This document shows, in pieces, positions 38,358-47,903 of a stretch of DNA of 64,000 nucleotides. Position 1 is the stretch's first letter, and each line of letters begins with the position of its first letter. This stretch comes from a virus. The stretch spans positions 16,933 to 80,932 of the IMG/VR virus record IMGVR_UViG_3300045789_000711; one strand, 5' to 3'. A program made the position numbers and the translations under genes. Under the pieces are notes generated by a model. It was not told the origin of the DNA and did no database searches. It was given only the letters and a program-made list of their open reading frames with translations.

Positions 38358-38942
38358 GTGATTAATGTTGGCATGACTCGGGACGACGGGATCAGTGGAT
38401 TCCTTAAAGTATCAATCAACCAAGGCGGCGTTACGGTCATTGGCTACATCGGTGAGGGTGCGAGTAAGCAGCTTTCAAACTTTTGGCAAAACCCGTTTGA
38501 GGGCGACACGATAGGTCAAGCGGGTGGCGCTGGCTCTAAAGTGGCTGATTTGGCACAGGTACAAACGAGCGTAACAAGTAAAACCGTGATGAACACTGCA
38601 ATCGTGTGGGAGGGGATTAGCCCACACGAACTAGTGCTACCCGTGTACTTCAAAGCTTACAAGAATGCTAAGTCAGAAGTGAACGACGCCATCATGTACT
38701 TGGAAAAGTTCTCTTCACCAGAGTTGAGTGAAAGCCTTGCAGGTGCAGGCGCAATCCCTCAATTGTGCGCTATTAACGTGGGCCGTCGCTTGATGATGCC
38801 GCGTTGCCAGATCAAGGACGTATCTAGCGAATTGGACGCACCGAAAACCAGTGATGGCTATATGACGCGTAACACTGTCCAGCTCAGTATCACGATGGAC
38901 AGAATGACTAACCGTTCACAGATACAAAATCTTTATCAATAA
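38358..38942 (+). CDS. pmgG: tail tube initiator/baseplate protein (PmgG-like)
   Basis: Synteny 23-22-21-pmgG-bplB. Confidence 0.6.
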   Translation: MINVGMTRDDGISGFLKVSINQGGVTVIGYIGEGASKQLSNFWQNPFEGDTIGQAGGAGSKVADLAQVQTSVTSKTVMNTAIVWEGISPHELVLPVYFKAYKNAKSEVNDAIMYLEKFSSPELSESLAGAGAIPQLCAINVGRRLMMPRCQIKDVSSELDAPKTSDGYMTRNTVQLSITMDRMTNRSQIQNLYQ

Positions 38943-38972
38943 CCAATTAAGCAACCTAGTAAGGGGTTTTAT

Positions 38973-39473
38973 ATGTCAGGACACAGCAACACGAAAGGCG
39001 ATACCGGCTTTTTGAAAAAACAGTACACACAGAACAAAAGCTTAGGCGAAAAGGCGATGGCTTTTGAGTTCAAGCTAACTGTTAAAGGGTACCCAAATTG
39101 GAGCGTACTTTGTCGTTCAACACAGTGGCCAGCAATGGGCCGTTCTGATGTTGAAGACTTTGGTGCTAGCGGTCTTAAGTTCGTTCAGCACGGCGCGTTA
39201 GAGAACTCAGGCGAAGTCTCTATTATGTGTGTTGAAACAATCAAAGGCGACATCATCAAAGATATGCGTGAAATCATTCGTACCAAAAAGTACGTTGATC
39301 TTGTGTTGGAATTAACGCCAGAGTCCACCAGCGGTAAAGCGGGTGAGGGTCAAACTATAGACTTGCTAGATTGTAAGTTACGTTCTGATGTTATTGAGTT
39401 TTCTACCGAAGATCAGGCCGCGTTAGTTAAACCAACTATCACTGCAATTTTCAACTACATCGATAACATTTAA
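38973..39473 (+). CDS. bplB: tail tube protein (BplB-like)
   Basis: MSGHSNTKG N-terminus, QHGALENSGE; synteny. Confidence 0.7.
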   Translation: MSGHSNTKGDTGFLKKQYTQNKSLGEKAMAFEFKLTVKGYPNWSVLCRSTQWPAMGRSDVEDFGASGLKFVQHGALENSGEVSIMCVETIKGDIIKDMREIIRTKKYVDLVLELTPESTSGKAGEGQTIDLLDCKLRSDVIEFSTEDQAALVKPTITAIFNYIDNI

Positions 39474-39491
39474 TAAGTAACAGGGGCAACA

Positions 39492-40058
39492 ATGAAGCTT
39501 TCAACAATCGTACAAACCGCAAAGGCCCGTTTTTCAGTCTTGCTTACTGATGATACACAAATAAGTGCTTACTTGGTGCAAGCGTTAACGACCTATCAAG
39601 ACTTGGCGGGATGTTTGAGAACGACTGTGATTGATGCCCCAACGGTTGAGGCACTAACACTGCCTCAGTCGTTTTTAGCGCACTCTATGTGTTCTGATGT
39701 CTATGGCGACTTTGTGCCAGTGGAAGTATTGGAATTAGAGGACGGCACAACCACAATTTATATGCCTGCAGGCACTATCTATCCGGTTAAGTATGAGTTT
39801 TTAGTCAACCTTGCTTACTACGCTGCAGACTTAGAAAATCACATCCCCAATCGCATAGCAGGCATGGTCACTGATTATCTTGAATGCCTTATTGCAACGG
39901 ACAATGACGACCGTATAGCCCGTATTGAGGCTGGTGGCAAAATGGATGCTTCACGCATGCCAACACGTCTTGACCGTATGGCACAAAAGACATCATTAGA
40001 AGAACAATTCAGGGCTAACCGCGCAATCGTATCAATGGCCAGTATTCACCCAATTTAG
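39492..40058 (+). CDS. pmgC: head-tail adaptor (PmgC-like)
   Basis: QALTTYQDLAG motif; synteny. Confidence 0.6.
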   Translation: MKLSTIVQTAKARFSVLLTDDTQISAYLVQALTTYQDLAGCLRTTVIDAPTVEALTLPQSFLAHSMCSDVYGDFVPVEVLELEDGTTTIYMPAGTIYPVKYEFLVNLAYYAADLENHIPNRIAGMVTDYLECLIATDNDDRIARIEAGGKMDASRMPTRLDRMAQKTSLEEQFRANRAIVSMASIHPI

Positions 40059-40071
40059 GCAGTATCTAGCG

Positions 40072-40587
40072 ATGAAATTTAACGGTAAACCTTTAAAAAA
40101 TCTCGCGCACAAAATGGTTACTACCCATTACCAGTTAGGCTGGCAGTGGGTTGTTGAGTTTACGGGGGCTGGTATTAGTCCCCCGTCAGACTTCGAGATT
40201 TTCGCTAAGTCAATCGAGCATGGCGGCGACACGATTGAATACGAAGAGAAGCAAATCGGCGCGAACACAATCAACTCACCAGTACACAAGACGGCAGGCA
40301 CTATCACGCTGATCATTCGTGATCATGAAGATGGCCGTTGTGAGAAGTTTTTCAAGACGCTCACTAAGCGCGTGGTTAACTCCGATGGAACGGTAAACCT
40401 ACCTGCTGATTATCTCTTTCAGCTCAAGCTATATCGAGTGATGGATGATGATAGCAAGGTGTTAGATCGTGACTGGACAGTCTCAATGGCAGAGTACGGC
40501 AGCATGACTCGCTCACAAGAGCAAATCGGTGAGTTCGTTTCGTATCCGGCAGTGTTTAAAAAGTATCAAGCGTTTGAAAAGGAATAA
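40072..40587 (+). CDS. tub: tube-fold baseplate protein (Tub-like)
   Basis: QGWQW-like segment, DGTVNLPADY; synteny. Confidence 0.65.
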   Translation: MKFNGKPLKNLAHKMVTTHYQLGWQWVVEFTGAGISPPSDFEIFAKSIEHGGDTIEYEEKQIGANTINSPVHKTAGTITLIIRDHEDGRCEKFFKTLTKRVVNSDGTVNLPADYLFQLKLYRVMDDDSKVLDRDWTVSMAEYGSMTRSQEQIGEFVSYPAVFKKYQAFEKE

Positions 40588-40593
40588 TCATCA

Positions 40594-41403
40594 ATGTCTA
40601 ACGTTCCCATTATTAAGTTACCTAGTTCTGGTAAGGCCGTTAAATTCCGTGAAGCCACGGTAGAAGATTGCATAGCTTACTGTGATCTAAATGAAGCCTT
40701 TGATGAAGCTATGGCGACGGAATACTTAAACTCAGTGCAAGTAGGTGAGCTAAGTGATTCAAGCCTATGGACGGCCCAAGATAGACGCCTAGCGCTATGG
40801 TGGATCTTCATTACAACTAGCACAGACACAACGATTGCTTATGAGTACCCGTGTGGCCATTGCGGTGAGCATCACACGCAGTTAGTTGACCTTGTTGATT
40901 TGGATGAAGAGGCCACCAGCTTACGTGTGAAGCCTTACATTGATGATGAAATCCAGTTTAATGATGTCACCCGCAGAATAAGACTTCACCCGTACAACGG
41001 CTTGGCCATGATGCACATGGAGCAGCACAGTATTGACCATAGTGATCTCGAACCGGATACAACGGAATACCGCAAAGCTGCAGCAAGGTTAAAGCTGTTA
41101 GAAGTGGCCCATGCGTTCACCTTTACCGACGAAAAGGAAAAGGACTTCGACAAGGCGCTTGCTAAGAAGCTAGAGGCTATTTCAGTGATGAGCCGTACCA
41201 AAGAGTTCCCGTTACTTGTTGCTGCTGTGATATCAGCATTAGAGAAGCTTGAACACGGTCTTAATTGCCGTTTTGTCGATGGCCGTATCTCGATTGTGTC
41301 ACCAGCAATGCCGTGTGAAACGGTAAAAGATGATAAGGGGGAAGCAATGTATTCACGATTGCTTATTCCATTTCAGTGTTCGGCTTTTATTCCGACGATA
41401 TAA
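40594..41403 (+). CDS. pmgB: baseplate hub/tail assembly chaperone (PmgB-like)
   Basis: LPSSGKAVKFR, WTAQDRRLALWWI, CGHC; precedes the tape measure gene. Confidence 0.7.
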   Translation: MSNVPIIKLPSSGKAVKFREATVEDCIAYCDLNEAFDEAMATEYLNSVQVGELSDSSLWTAQDRRLALWWIFITTSTDTTIAYEYPCGHCGEHHTQLVDLVDLDEEATSLRVKPYIDDEIQFNDVTRRIRLHPYNGLAMMHMEQHSIDHSDLEPDTTEYRKAAARLKLLEVAHAFTFTDEKEKDFDKALAKKLEAISVMSRTKEFPLLVAAVISALEKLEHGLNCRFVDGRISIVSPAMPCETVKDDKGEAMYSRLLIPFQCSAFIPTI

Positions 41404-41416
41404 CTATCAATCGCTG

Positions 41417-41545
41417 ATGACCATTATTAAAAACTTAACGGTTTATGGTGGTCAGCCATTAGATAGCGTTGTTAAAGGCAGCATGAATATGATCGAGTTA
41501 ATTAACGACGGTCTTATTGATAAGTTTAAGAAGAAAGGGCGGTAA
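41417..41545 (+). CDS. small ORF between chaperone and tape measure (possible frameshift extension)
   Basis: MTIIKNLTVYGGQP...; frame is open from 41330; no clear SD. Confidence 0.45.
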   Translation: MTIIKNLTVYGGQPLDSVVKGSMNMIELINDGLIDKFKKKGR

Positions 41546-41548
41546 ATT

Positions 41549-44500
41549 GTGGACAAGACGATAGTTGATCAGGTTGAGGTAAAAGAGGCAAGTATTGATG
41601 CTATCTCTTTGGACTCACTTACCGACCAAGAGACACTTGAGCTAGCTGATGTTGTGACCGCGATTAGACGCGCGTCAGACAATGAGATCTCAACAATCAA
41701 CCAAGGCTTTGACCAATTAAAGTCAGCCTTGGTTAATTCGTTCAAGAATATAGGCAAGCAAAAACCCGCCAATAACACGGCAAAAACCAGCGTAAAAGAA
41801 GCAACAAACACGGCAATACATAGCGAAGCCATCAACAACACAGATAGTCACGCCGCCACAACTGGCACTAACCCGCGTAAAAATAGCGGCTTTACGGATA
41901 AAGTAAGCGGTAAAGATGCGGATACATCGCAATCTATCGCGCTTGCTGGTGGTCGGCCTATTCAGGGGGTTAATCCTCAGCACAACACTATTGCGGCCCC
42001 AGCGGCACGTAAAAGACGCCAATTAGACCTTGTTGAAGTCGCGCCGGAGTTGGCCAGTGTTAGCCCTCAAAACGCTAATCAAGACGTACAAAGCATTTCG
42101 CAGATAACCAATGTTGCGGGTGATGAAAGCAATGCGTCAAATGTCACGAACAAAACGAGTTCAGGTAATCGCAACAAGATAATCAATAGCAGGGCCGAGT
42201 CGCGTCTATCTAAACGTTCAGCCATTATTGATAGCAGTGTGACAGAGCAATACAAAGTTGATGCTAAGGGCCGTTTACGTAATGAGCGTGGGGCTTATGC
42301 GTCAAAGGTAGAGCAGAAGCAATACAAAAAAGCTACCAAGGCAAAAGCTGATGAAGCCACCGATAGCGGCGATCAACCTCAAGAGTCAGTCAAGCAAACC
42401 TCACTACTAAAACAATTACTCTTTTCTAGTGCAAAGATAGCTACCCTTGGCGCTGGGTATGGCGTGGGCCGTAATGGGCTTGGGGATAAAGACGGCACTA
42501 TTAAGAATACGGCAGGCATGGCCGTTGGCGGGTCTTACTTCTTAGCAGCGCAAGAAGTCGCAACCATGATGAATGACATTAAGGATTCGTTTAAGGATTC
42601 TGGCATTGAGTCATTTGGTGATGCAGTTAATAAGGTAAAGGAAAAGGCCAAGGCAGCTAAGGACAGTTTAACGGGCTTTGGTGGTAAAACGGTCAAGATG
42701 GCCAAGGCCGTGCAGATGCGTGTCACTGGTAAAGATGACGTACCGCCAGTGCATAAGCCAGTAAAGCGCAATCCTATATCAATGTTAATGGCCAAGCTGG
42801 GTCTATCTAAAACGTCAAACGATAACGATACGGTACGTGAAAGTAATAACGTAGTACGTGAAAACGATAACGTTAGCAGTGAAAAAACTAACGTTAAAAG
42901 TGCATCAAATGACGTAATCGTTACCAATAACGCCAATATTGGTGCATCAAACGCCCAAAACAGTGAATTAAGCGGGGATAAGGGCGTACAGGCTCAGTTG
43001 TTCAATGGCAGTGATAGCCAGTCTCAAGGTGAGCAGATAAGCGCTATTGATGAGAGTTCGCAAAAGGCCGTAGTCAGTAACAAAGAAAAACCAGTTAATG
43101 CCGCCGCGATCAGTGGGCCTAATGCGTCAGTGGATGGCAAGGTAGCGCCTAAGTGGATCAAGGCTAACACTAACCCGTTGTTCCGCTTCTTTGCTCGCCT
43201 ACAGCCTAAAGCCACTAAAACCGACGAGGCCATGTTAACGGCCTATAAGTCAGAGGCTAAAGCGGAAGAGCAGCGCCACCAAGAATCACTTATTGCCTTG
43301 GGTGACATTAAAGATGGCATTAAAGGCATTGAGGGCGGTGAGGGTGGTAGCGGCTTGCTTGGTGATGCGCTTGATTTCATGGGTGACAGGAAGAAGCGCA
43401 AAAAAGGCCGTAACGCTAAAGGTTCTCAACGTTCAGGTCGCTTAAGTGGCTCTAATGGATCATCAAGACGTACAGGCAGCTTTGAGTTGCCGGAAAAGTC
43501 CGAGCGAGTTAATAACCGGACGCGTCGCGGATCTGCTTATGGCTCTGCAGGCCGTTCGGCTGCTTCGGTTGGTACCACTGGCCGTGCTATTGGTGGTTCG
43601 GTTGCTGGTGGCGCAGTTAAAGCGGGTGGTTCAATGGCTGGTGGCGCGCTTAAAGCGGGTGGCGCTGTACTGTCTAAGCTTGCATTGCCATTAACCATTG
43701 CTATGGCTGCTTATGATGGTTTCCAAGGCTATAACGATACCGAGGGCCAAAAGGATGCGTTCAAGCTTAAAGAGGGCCAAGAGGCTAGCGTGGGTCAAAA
43801 GGCGTCTTCTGCTGCAGGCTCGGTGTTATCGCTTGGCGGCTTAACTGATTTCATTGGCATATCGAGCGCGGATATTAGCAAGGCTGTTTATAAATCATTT
43901 GGTGGCAGCATTGAGGGTGAAGAAAGCCCTATGCTAAATCTGATGACGCCTATAACGCTACTAACAAGTGCTATCTCATCGTTTTCAGCTATCACCGATA
44001 CCGACAAAATCAAAAGCACATTTGGTGTAGATAAAGATACGGATGTCAGTACAGGTCAACGCGCGGCCAGTCTTGCGGGTTCCGCTTTATCCATGGGTGG
44101 TTTATCCAATTTGTTTTTTGATACAAATTCAGAGGACATATCTAAATCAATTTATTCTTTCTTTGGCGGCAAGGCTGCAGACAGCGCCAGCAATGAAGCC
44201 AAAGCAAAAGAGCAGACAGCAAAGACGGTTACGGATACGGTTACATTACCAGTCACGGACACGGTTACAAATACAGTTACGCCACCAGCCAGTAAATCGG
44301 CTAGTGATTCGAGTGATAAGCCCGTCAGTGTCATAGTGAAAGATCCGACTACGCAACCAGCCACGAACACGGTTACTAAACCAGTTACGAATACAGTTAC
44401 AAATACAGTTACGGACAAGTTAGTTAATAACGCAGCCACAACGCAGCCTGCAGCGATAACACAAGCTTACCCTTTGGTGTCAGGACAAGCGCCAGCTCGC

Positions 44501-44806
44501 ATAATTTCCAATAACAAACAAACTGAGGACATCGAGCAGATTGAATCAGTTAATAAGCTAAAAGAAAGCATAGGCAATAAAGAGCGAGACGCCAAAACAA
44601 CAAACGTCACTAATTCCCAGCTAATTGGAAAGGGGGATCCAGAGATAGTTAAACTTCTTAAATCAATTGATAAGAAATTGGATTCAAAGAAAGATCCAGC
44701 GCCATTTAGATTTGGCGGCGGTAATACCAAGCCATCGAGTGCAACGGCTATACCAAAGGACTTTACGAATGCCGATCAACGTCAACAAGCCAACAACCTA
44801 GGTTAG
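41549..44806 (+). CDS. sit: tape measure protein (Sit-like)
   Basis: 1085 aa, Ala/Gly/Ser-rich, between pmgB and pmgA; no transglycosylase motif recognised. Confidence 0.8.
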   Translation: MDKTIVDQVEVKEASIDAISLDSLTDQETLELADVVTAIRRASDNEISTINQGFDQLKSALVNSFKNIGKQKPANNTAKTSVKEATNTAIHSEAINNTDSHAATTGTNPRKNSGFTDKVSGKDADTSQSIALAGGRPIQGVNPQHNTIAAPAARKRRQLDLVEVAPELASVSPQNANQDVQSISQITNVAGDESNASNVTNKTSSGNRNKIINSRAESRLSKRSAIIDSSVTEQYKVDAKGRLRNERGAYASKVEQKQYKKATKAKADEATDSGDQPQESVKQTSLLKQLLFSSAKIATLGAGYGVGRNGLGDKDGTIKNTAGMAVGGSYFLAAQEVATMMNDIKDSFKDSGIESFGDAVNKVKEKAKAAKDSLTGFGGKTVKMAKAVQMRVTGKDDVPPVHKPVKRNPISMLMAKLGLSKTSNDNDTVRESNNVVRENDNVSSEKTNVKSASNDVIVTNNANIGASNAQNSELSGDKGVQAQLFNGSDSQSQGEQISAIDESSQKAVVSNKEKPVNAAAISGPNASVDGKVAPKWIKANTNPLFRFFARLQPKATKTDEAMLTAYKSEAKAEEQRHQESLIALGDIKDGIKGIEGGEGGSGLLGDALDFMGDRKKRKKGRNAKGSQRSGRLSGSNGSSRRTGSFELPEKSERVNNRTRRGSAYGSAGRSAASVGTTGRAIGGSVAGGAVKAGGSMAGGALKAGGAVLSKLALPLTIAMAAYDGFQGYNDTEGQKDAFKLKEGQEASVGQKASSAAGSVLSLGGLTDFIGISSADISKAVYKSFGGSIEGEESPMLNLMTPITLLTSAISSFSAITDTDKIKSTFGVDKDTDVSTGQRAASLAGSALSMGGLSNLFFDTNSEDISKSIYSFFGGKAADSASNEAKAKEQTAKTVTDTVTLPVTDTVTNTVTPPASKSASDSSDKPVSVIVKDPTTQPATNTVTKPVTNTVTNTVTDKLVNNAATTQPAAITQAYPLVSGQAPARIISNNKQTEDIEQIESVNKLKESIGNKERDAKTTNVTNSQLIGKGDPEIVKLLKSIDKKLDSKKDPAPFRFGGGNTKPSSATAIPKDFTNADQRQQANNLG

Positions 44807-44809
44807 ATA

Positions 44810-45160
44810 ATGGAAATAAGAGAGATTGACTATTTAATGGATCTAAACGAGTCCGGTGTAATTACTTATGCCGACTCGGATGCGACTGTTAACAACGTGC
44901 TTGAGTGGTTAGACACGCCAATGGGTACAGTCTATGGCCGTCCTGAGTGGGGGCATGACTTGATTAAGTTTAAGCATGAACCCACAGGATCCGCTATCAC
45001 GGCCCAGAACATCGAATTTAGCATTGTCGATAAGATTGTTCAGGATATGCCAGATATTCAACTTCACAGTATTTACTGTGAGCCAAGCGCAGAGTTCCCA
45101 GACCTATACATCATTAGGATTGGGTTGTTAAACGGTGCCGTAGAAACAACTTTAAACTAG
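44810..45160 (+). CDS. pmgA: gp25/gpW-like baseplate protein (PmgA-like)
   Basis: EWLDTPMGTVYGRPEWG motif. Confidence 0.8.
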   Translation: MEIREIDYLMDLNESGVITYADSDATVNNVLEWLDTPMGTVYGRPEWGHDLIKFKHEPTGSAITAQNIEFSIVDKIVQDMPDIQLHSIYCEPSAEFPDLYIIRIGLLNGAVETTLN

Positions 45161-45173
45161 CAGGTAGCAAAGC

Positions 45174-46577
45174 ATGAGCGACAATACAGAATACAAAAAC
45201 ATCTTTGAAACAATCCTCACTCGCTATAGCTGGTGGTCACGATTACAGGGTTCACAGTTCGTTGAAATGATAGCGACGTTTGTTGGCCAAATGGTCTACA
45301 AAGCCAATGCGGTATCAGTACGAAGCTTGCAAGAGGCCTTTTTGAGTACAGCCACCAAGCGCTCATCTATTCTCGCTTCTGCAGAAGATAAGGGCTATAT
45401 AGGCCGAAAAATCATGCCATCTACGGGTACAAGTGAGGTCGAAAACTTAACTAACGCTGTGATGTCATTACCACGCAGTACACCGCTTATCTCTAATGCG
45501 GCTATTGAATACGTCACCATGGCTGCAGTTGAGATACCGCCATTTGGCAAGATTGAGATCCCCGTATCACAGCTTGTGCTGAAAGTGCTTAAGACAACCG
45601 TCGATCAAGAAGACAAATTCTTAGAAGTCATTTTACCCAAGGCCATCACAACCAAGGCGCACAAAGTTGACGTTCTGGTATCAACGGCTTCTGGTGGTTA
45701 TGACTTATGGCAAAAGAGCTATATGTTTAGACGAACTGGCGCGCGTGACAAGGCGTACACCGAGTTTTACAAACCTACTGACCAGTTAGGCATTCGCTTT
45801 GGTAACGGCATTAACGGCAAAATCCCAAGTGCTAACTCTGAAATTACACTGAACGTGTGGACGACTGAGGGTGATACCACGCTAATTGATGACCAGCCAC
45901 TTGAAATAACAGGTTCATTAGCTTACCTGAACGACTCAGTTAAGATTAAAACAGTAACGCCTATCGTTGGTGGTGCCTCTGCTGAAAGTGACGAAGAGAC
46001 GCGCGCTGGTGCGTTGTACGTTACGCCATTTGATAATCAAATTGTGTGGGATGACGACTACAGCCATTACATCAAGCAAAACATCGCTAACATCATTTGG
46101 GTGAATGCTTGGGGTGAGCAAGAACAAGAGAAGCAAGACGGTGTAAAAAACTTTTCCAATATCAATACGATATTCATTAGTGCTTATTCAACAAAACTTG
46201 ACCAAGAATCGTTAGGCGAAATCGTCAATGATTTACTTTCTGGTACTGACTACTTGAACAAGGTTTATGTTTACAAGCCTGCAGTAGAGCGCCCGTTTAC
46301 TATCACAATCAAAGGCAAGGCGTCAGGTGAAAAGGATCTTGTTCAGGTGGTAAAGGTTATTCGTGAAACGATTGATTCAATTTACGGCAGCAAGCCTACT
46401 GGCGAACGCCCAGATAAGATATTAGAGAAAGACGTTAACGCCCTCGTTCGAGATCTTAATCTACTGCACGATTTCTCGCTTGATTGGAGTGCATACCCGC
46501 AGAATATCATGCTAGAAGAGTACGTATTTATTGATGCGCTTACGTCTAACATCACTGTTAATTATGTTGAGGTGTAG
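45174..46577 (+). CDS. bplA: baseplate wedge protein (BplA, gpJ/gp6-like)
   Basis: EAFLSTATKRSSI, IRFGNGINGKIP, GGASAESDEE. Confidence 0.85.
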   Translation: MSDNTEYKNIFETILTRYSWWSRLQGSQFVEMIATFVGQMVYKANAVSVRSLQEAFLSTATKRSSILASAEDKGYIGRKIMPSTGTSEVENLTNAVMSLPRSTPLISNAAIEYVTMAAVEIPPFGKIEIPVSQLVLKVLKTTVDQEDKFLEVILPKAITTKAHKVDVLVSTASGGYDLWQKSYMFRRTGARDKAYTEFYKPTDQLGIRFGNGINGKIPSANSEITLNVWTTEGDTTLIDDQPLEITGSLAYLNDSVKIKTVTPIVGGASAESDEETRAGALYVTPFDNQIVWDDDYSHYIKQNIANIIWVNAWGEQEQEKQDGVKNFSNINTIFISAYSTKLDQESLGEIVNDLLSGTDYLNKVYVYKPAVERPFTITIKGKASGEKDLVQVVKVIRETIDSIYGSKPTGERPDKILEKDVNALVRDLNLLHDFSLDWSAYPQNIMLEEYVFIDALTSNITVNYVEV

Positions 46578-46579
46578 CC

Positions 46580-47425
46580 GTGGCTAATAACTGGCTAAAA
46601 GACCAACTGACAACCTCAAAAAAGCTGAGTCCAATGTGGGCCGGATTTGCTGATGCGCTGCAGGCTATTTTCGATGAGCAAGTCAAACCACTAACAGAGC
46701 GAGTGGCATCACTTAACTCATACTTTACGATGCACAAAGATGACTTACAAAAGCGCCTAGATGAGCTTGGCACGTTCTTCTACTTTGCGGGTAACGTTGC
46801 TCAAGAAGATATGCCGCTTGCGCTCATGCAGAAGCTTGACGAGGTGCATTTCAAACGAACCGACTTACCTATCCAAAACGCGATTAGTCGTGAATTTCAG
46901 GGCTTACAGGTTGTCTGGGCACCACTTTATGCGCCCAAGATAATAACGCCGACAGATAGCACTGATTACACTAAAAAGATGTTCCAAGGTCAGTTGGTTA
47001 ACGCCTTGCGCACCAAGGTTGAGATAGAAGACGGTAAAGAGGATGTAGGCAATTACTTTCTAACGTCGCGTGGCGTTATTCAGGTGTCCTCAATGCAGCT
47101 TGCGGCTAGTGGTTATTCGTCTAATGAGTTTTCAGCATTGGTAGACCGGATCATATCGCCGCTTATCCCTACTGACATTGTATTTGATGGTGAACACTTA
47201 TTGATTCACTACGATATTGTTGAAGCGTTAGAGCGTTTATTTTTCTACGAGCAAACCGTTACACAGATATTTAACTCTATTAAGGACGGCACAGACACGG
47301 GGCGTCATACGGCGGTTACGGTTGATAGCCACCAGCTTAATAACCGATTAGAGCCAGTTACAGGATACATAAACAGGATTGATGCTATAAGTCTCGATTT
47401 TTGGCCTTTGGATATACTCAGTTAA
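46580..47425 (+). CDS. baseplate protein (P1 gp16-like)
   Basis: Synteny; WAPLYAP and FLTSRG motifs. Confidence 0.7.
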   Translation: MANNWLKDQLTTSKKLSPMWAGFADALQAIFDEQVKPLTERVASLNSYFTMHKDDLQKRLDELGTFFYFAGNVAQEDMPLALMQKLDEVHFKRTDLPIQNAISREFQGLQVVWAPLYAPKIITPTDSTDYTKKMFQGQLVNALRTKVEIEDGKEDVGNYFLTSRGVIQVSSMQLAASGYSSNEFSALVDRIISPLIPTDIVFDGEHLLIHYDIVEALERLFFYEQTVTQIFNSIKDGTDTGRHTAVTVDSHQLNNRLEPVTGYINRIDAISLDFWPLDILS

Positions 47426-47463
47426 TACAATGCCTGCACATTCACACCTAGGGAAATGTGCCG

Positions 47464-47892
47464 ATGGCAAACCAAACAGCAAGAGGCGTATTGCTCGCCG
47501 CTTATTTCAACCGCAGAGCGCTATCAATGATCAGCGCAACGCCTACATTCAAGCTTAAATCAGTCCAGTTCGGCGCGGGGTTTCTTGATACCTCAGTATC
47601 ACCCGCGCTCGTTAAGGAAATCCCAATAACAGCGGTTAAATCGGACATTACCAATGTGTATACCGATAACTCACCGACGTTCTTCTACGACTCAACGCTT
47701 AAACAAGTAAAAGTCAGAACTGAAATTCCAGTCGGTGCGGCGGGTATCCCTGCTGGTGGCGCTAACGTCAACGTGGCTTGCATCTTAGATGAACAAGGCA
47801 ATGCAGTAGCCATGCTAGCGGGTCAGCCTACAGTTGTTAACACTGAGCGCGGTTATGTCGTGACCGGAATTATTGAGACTGAACTTAATTAA
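47464..47892 (+). CDS. tail fibre attachment protein (P1 R-like)
   Basis: About 143 aa between gp16 and the fibre gene; YFNRRA motif. Confidence 0.65.
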   Translation: MANQTARGVLLAAYFNRRALSMISATPTFKLKSVQFGAGFLDTSVSPALVKEIPITAVKSDITNVYTDNSPTFFYDSTLKQVKVRTEIPVGAAGIPAGGANVNVACILDEQGNAVAMLAGQPTVVNTERGYVVTGIIETELN

Positions 47893-47903
47893 CAGGTAAG
47901 CAA

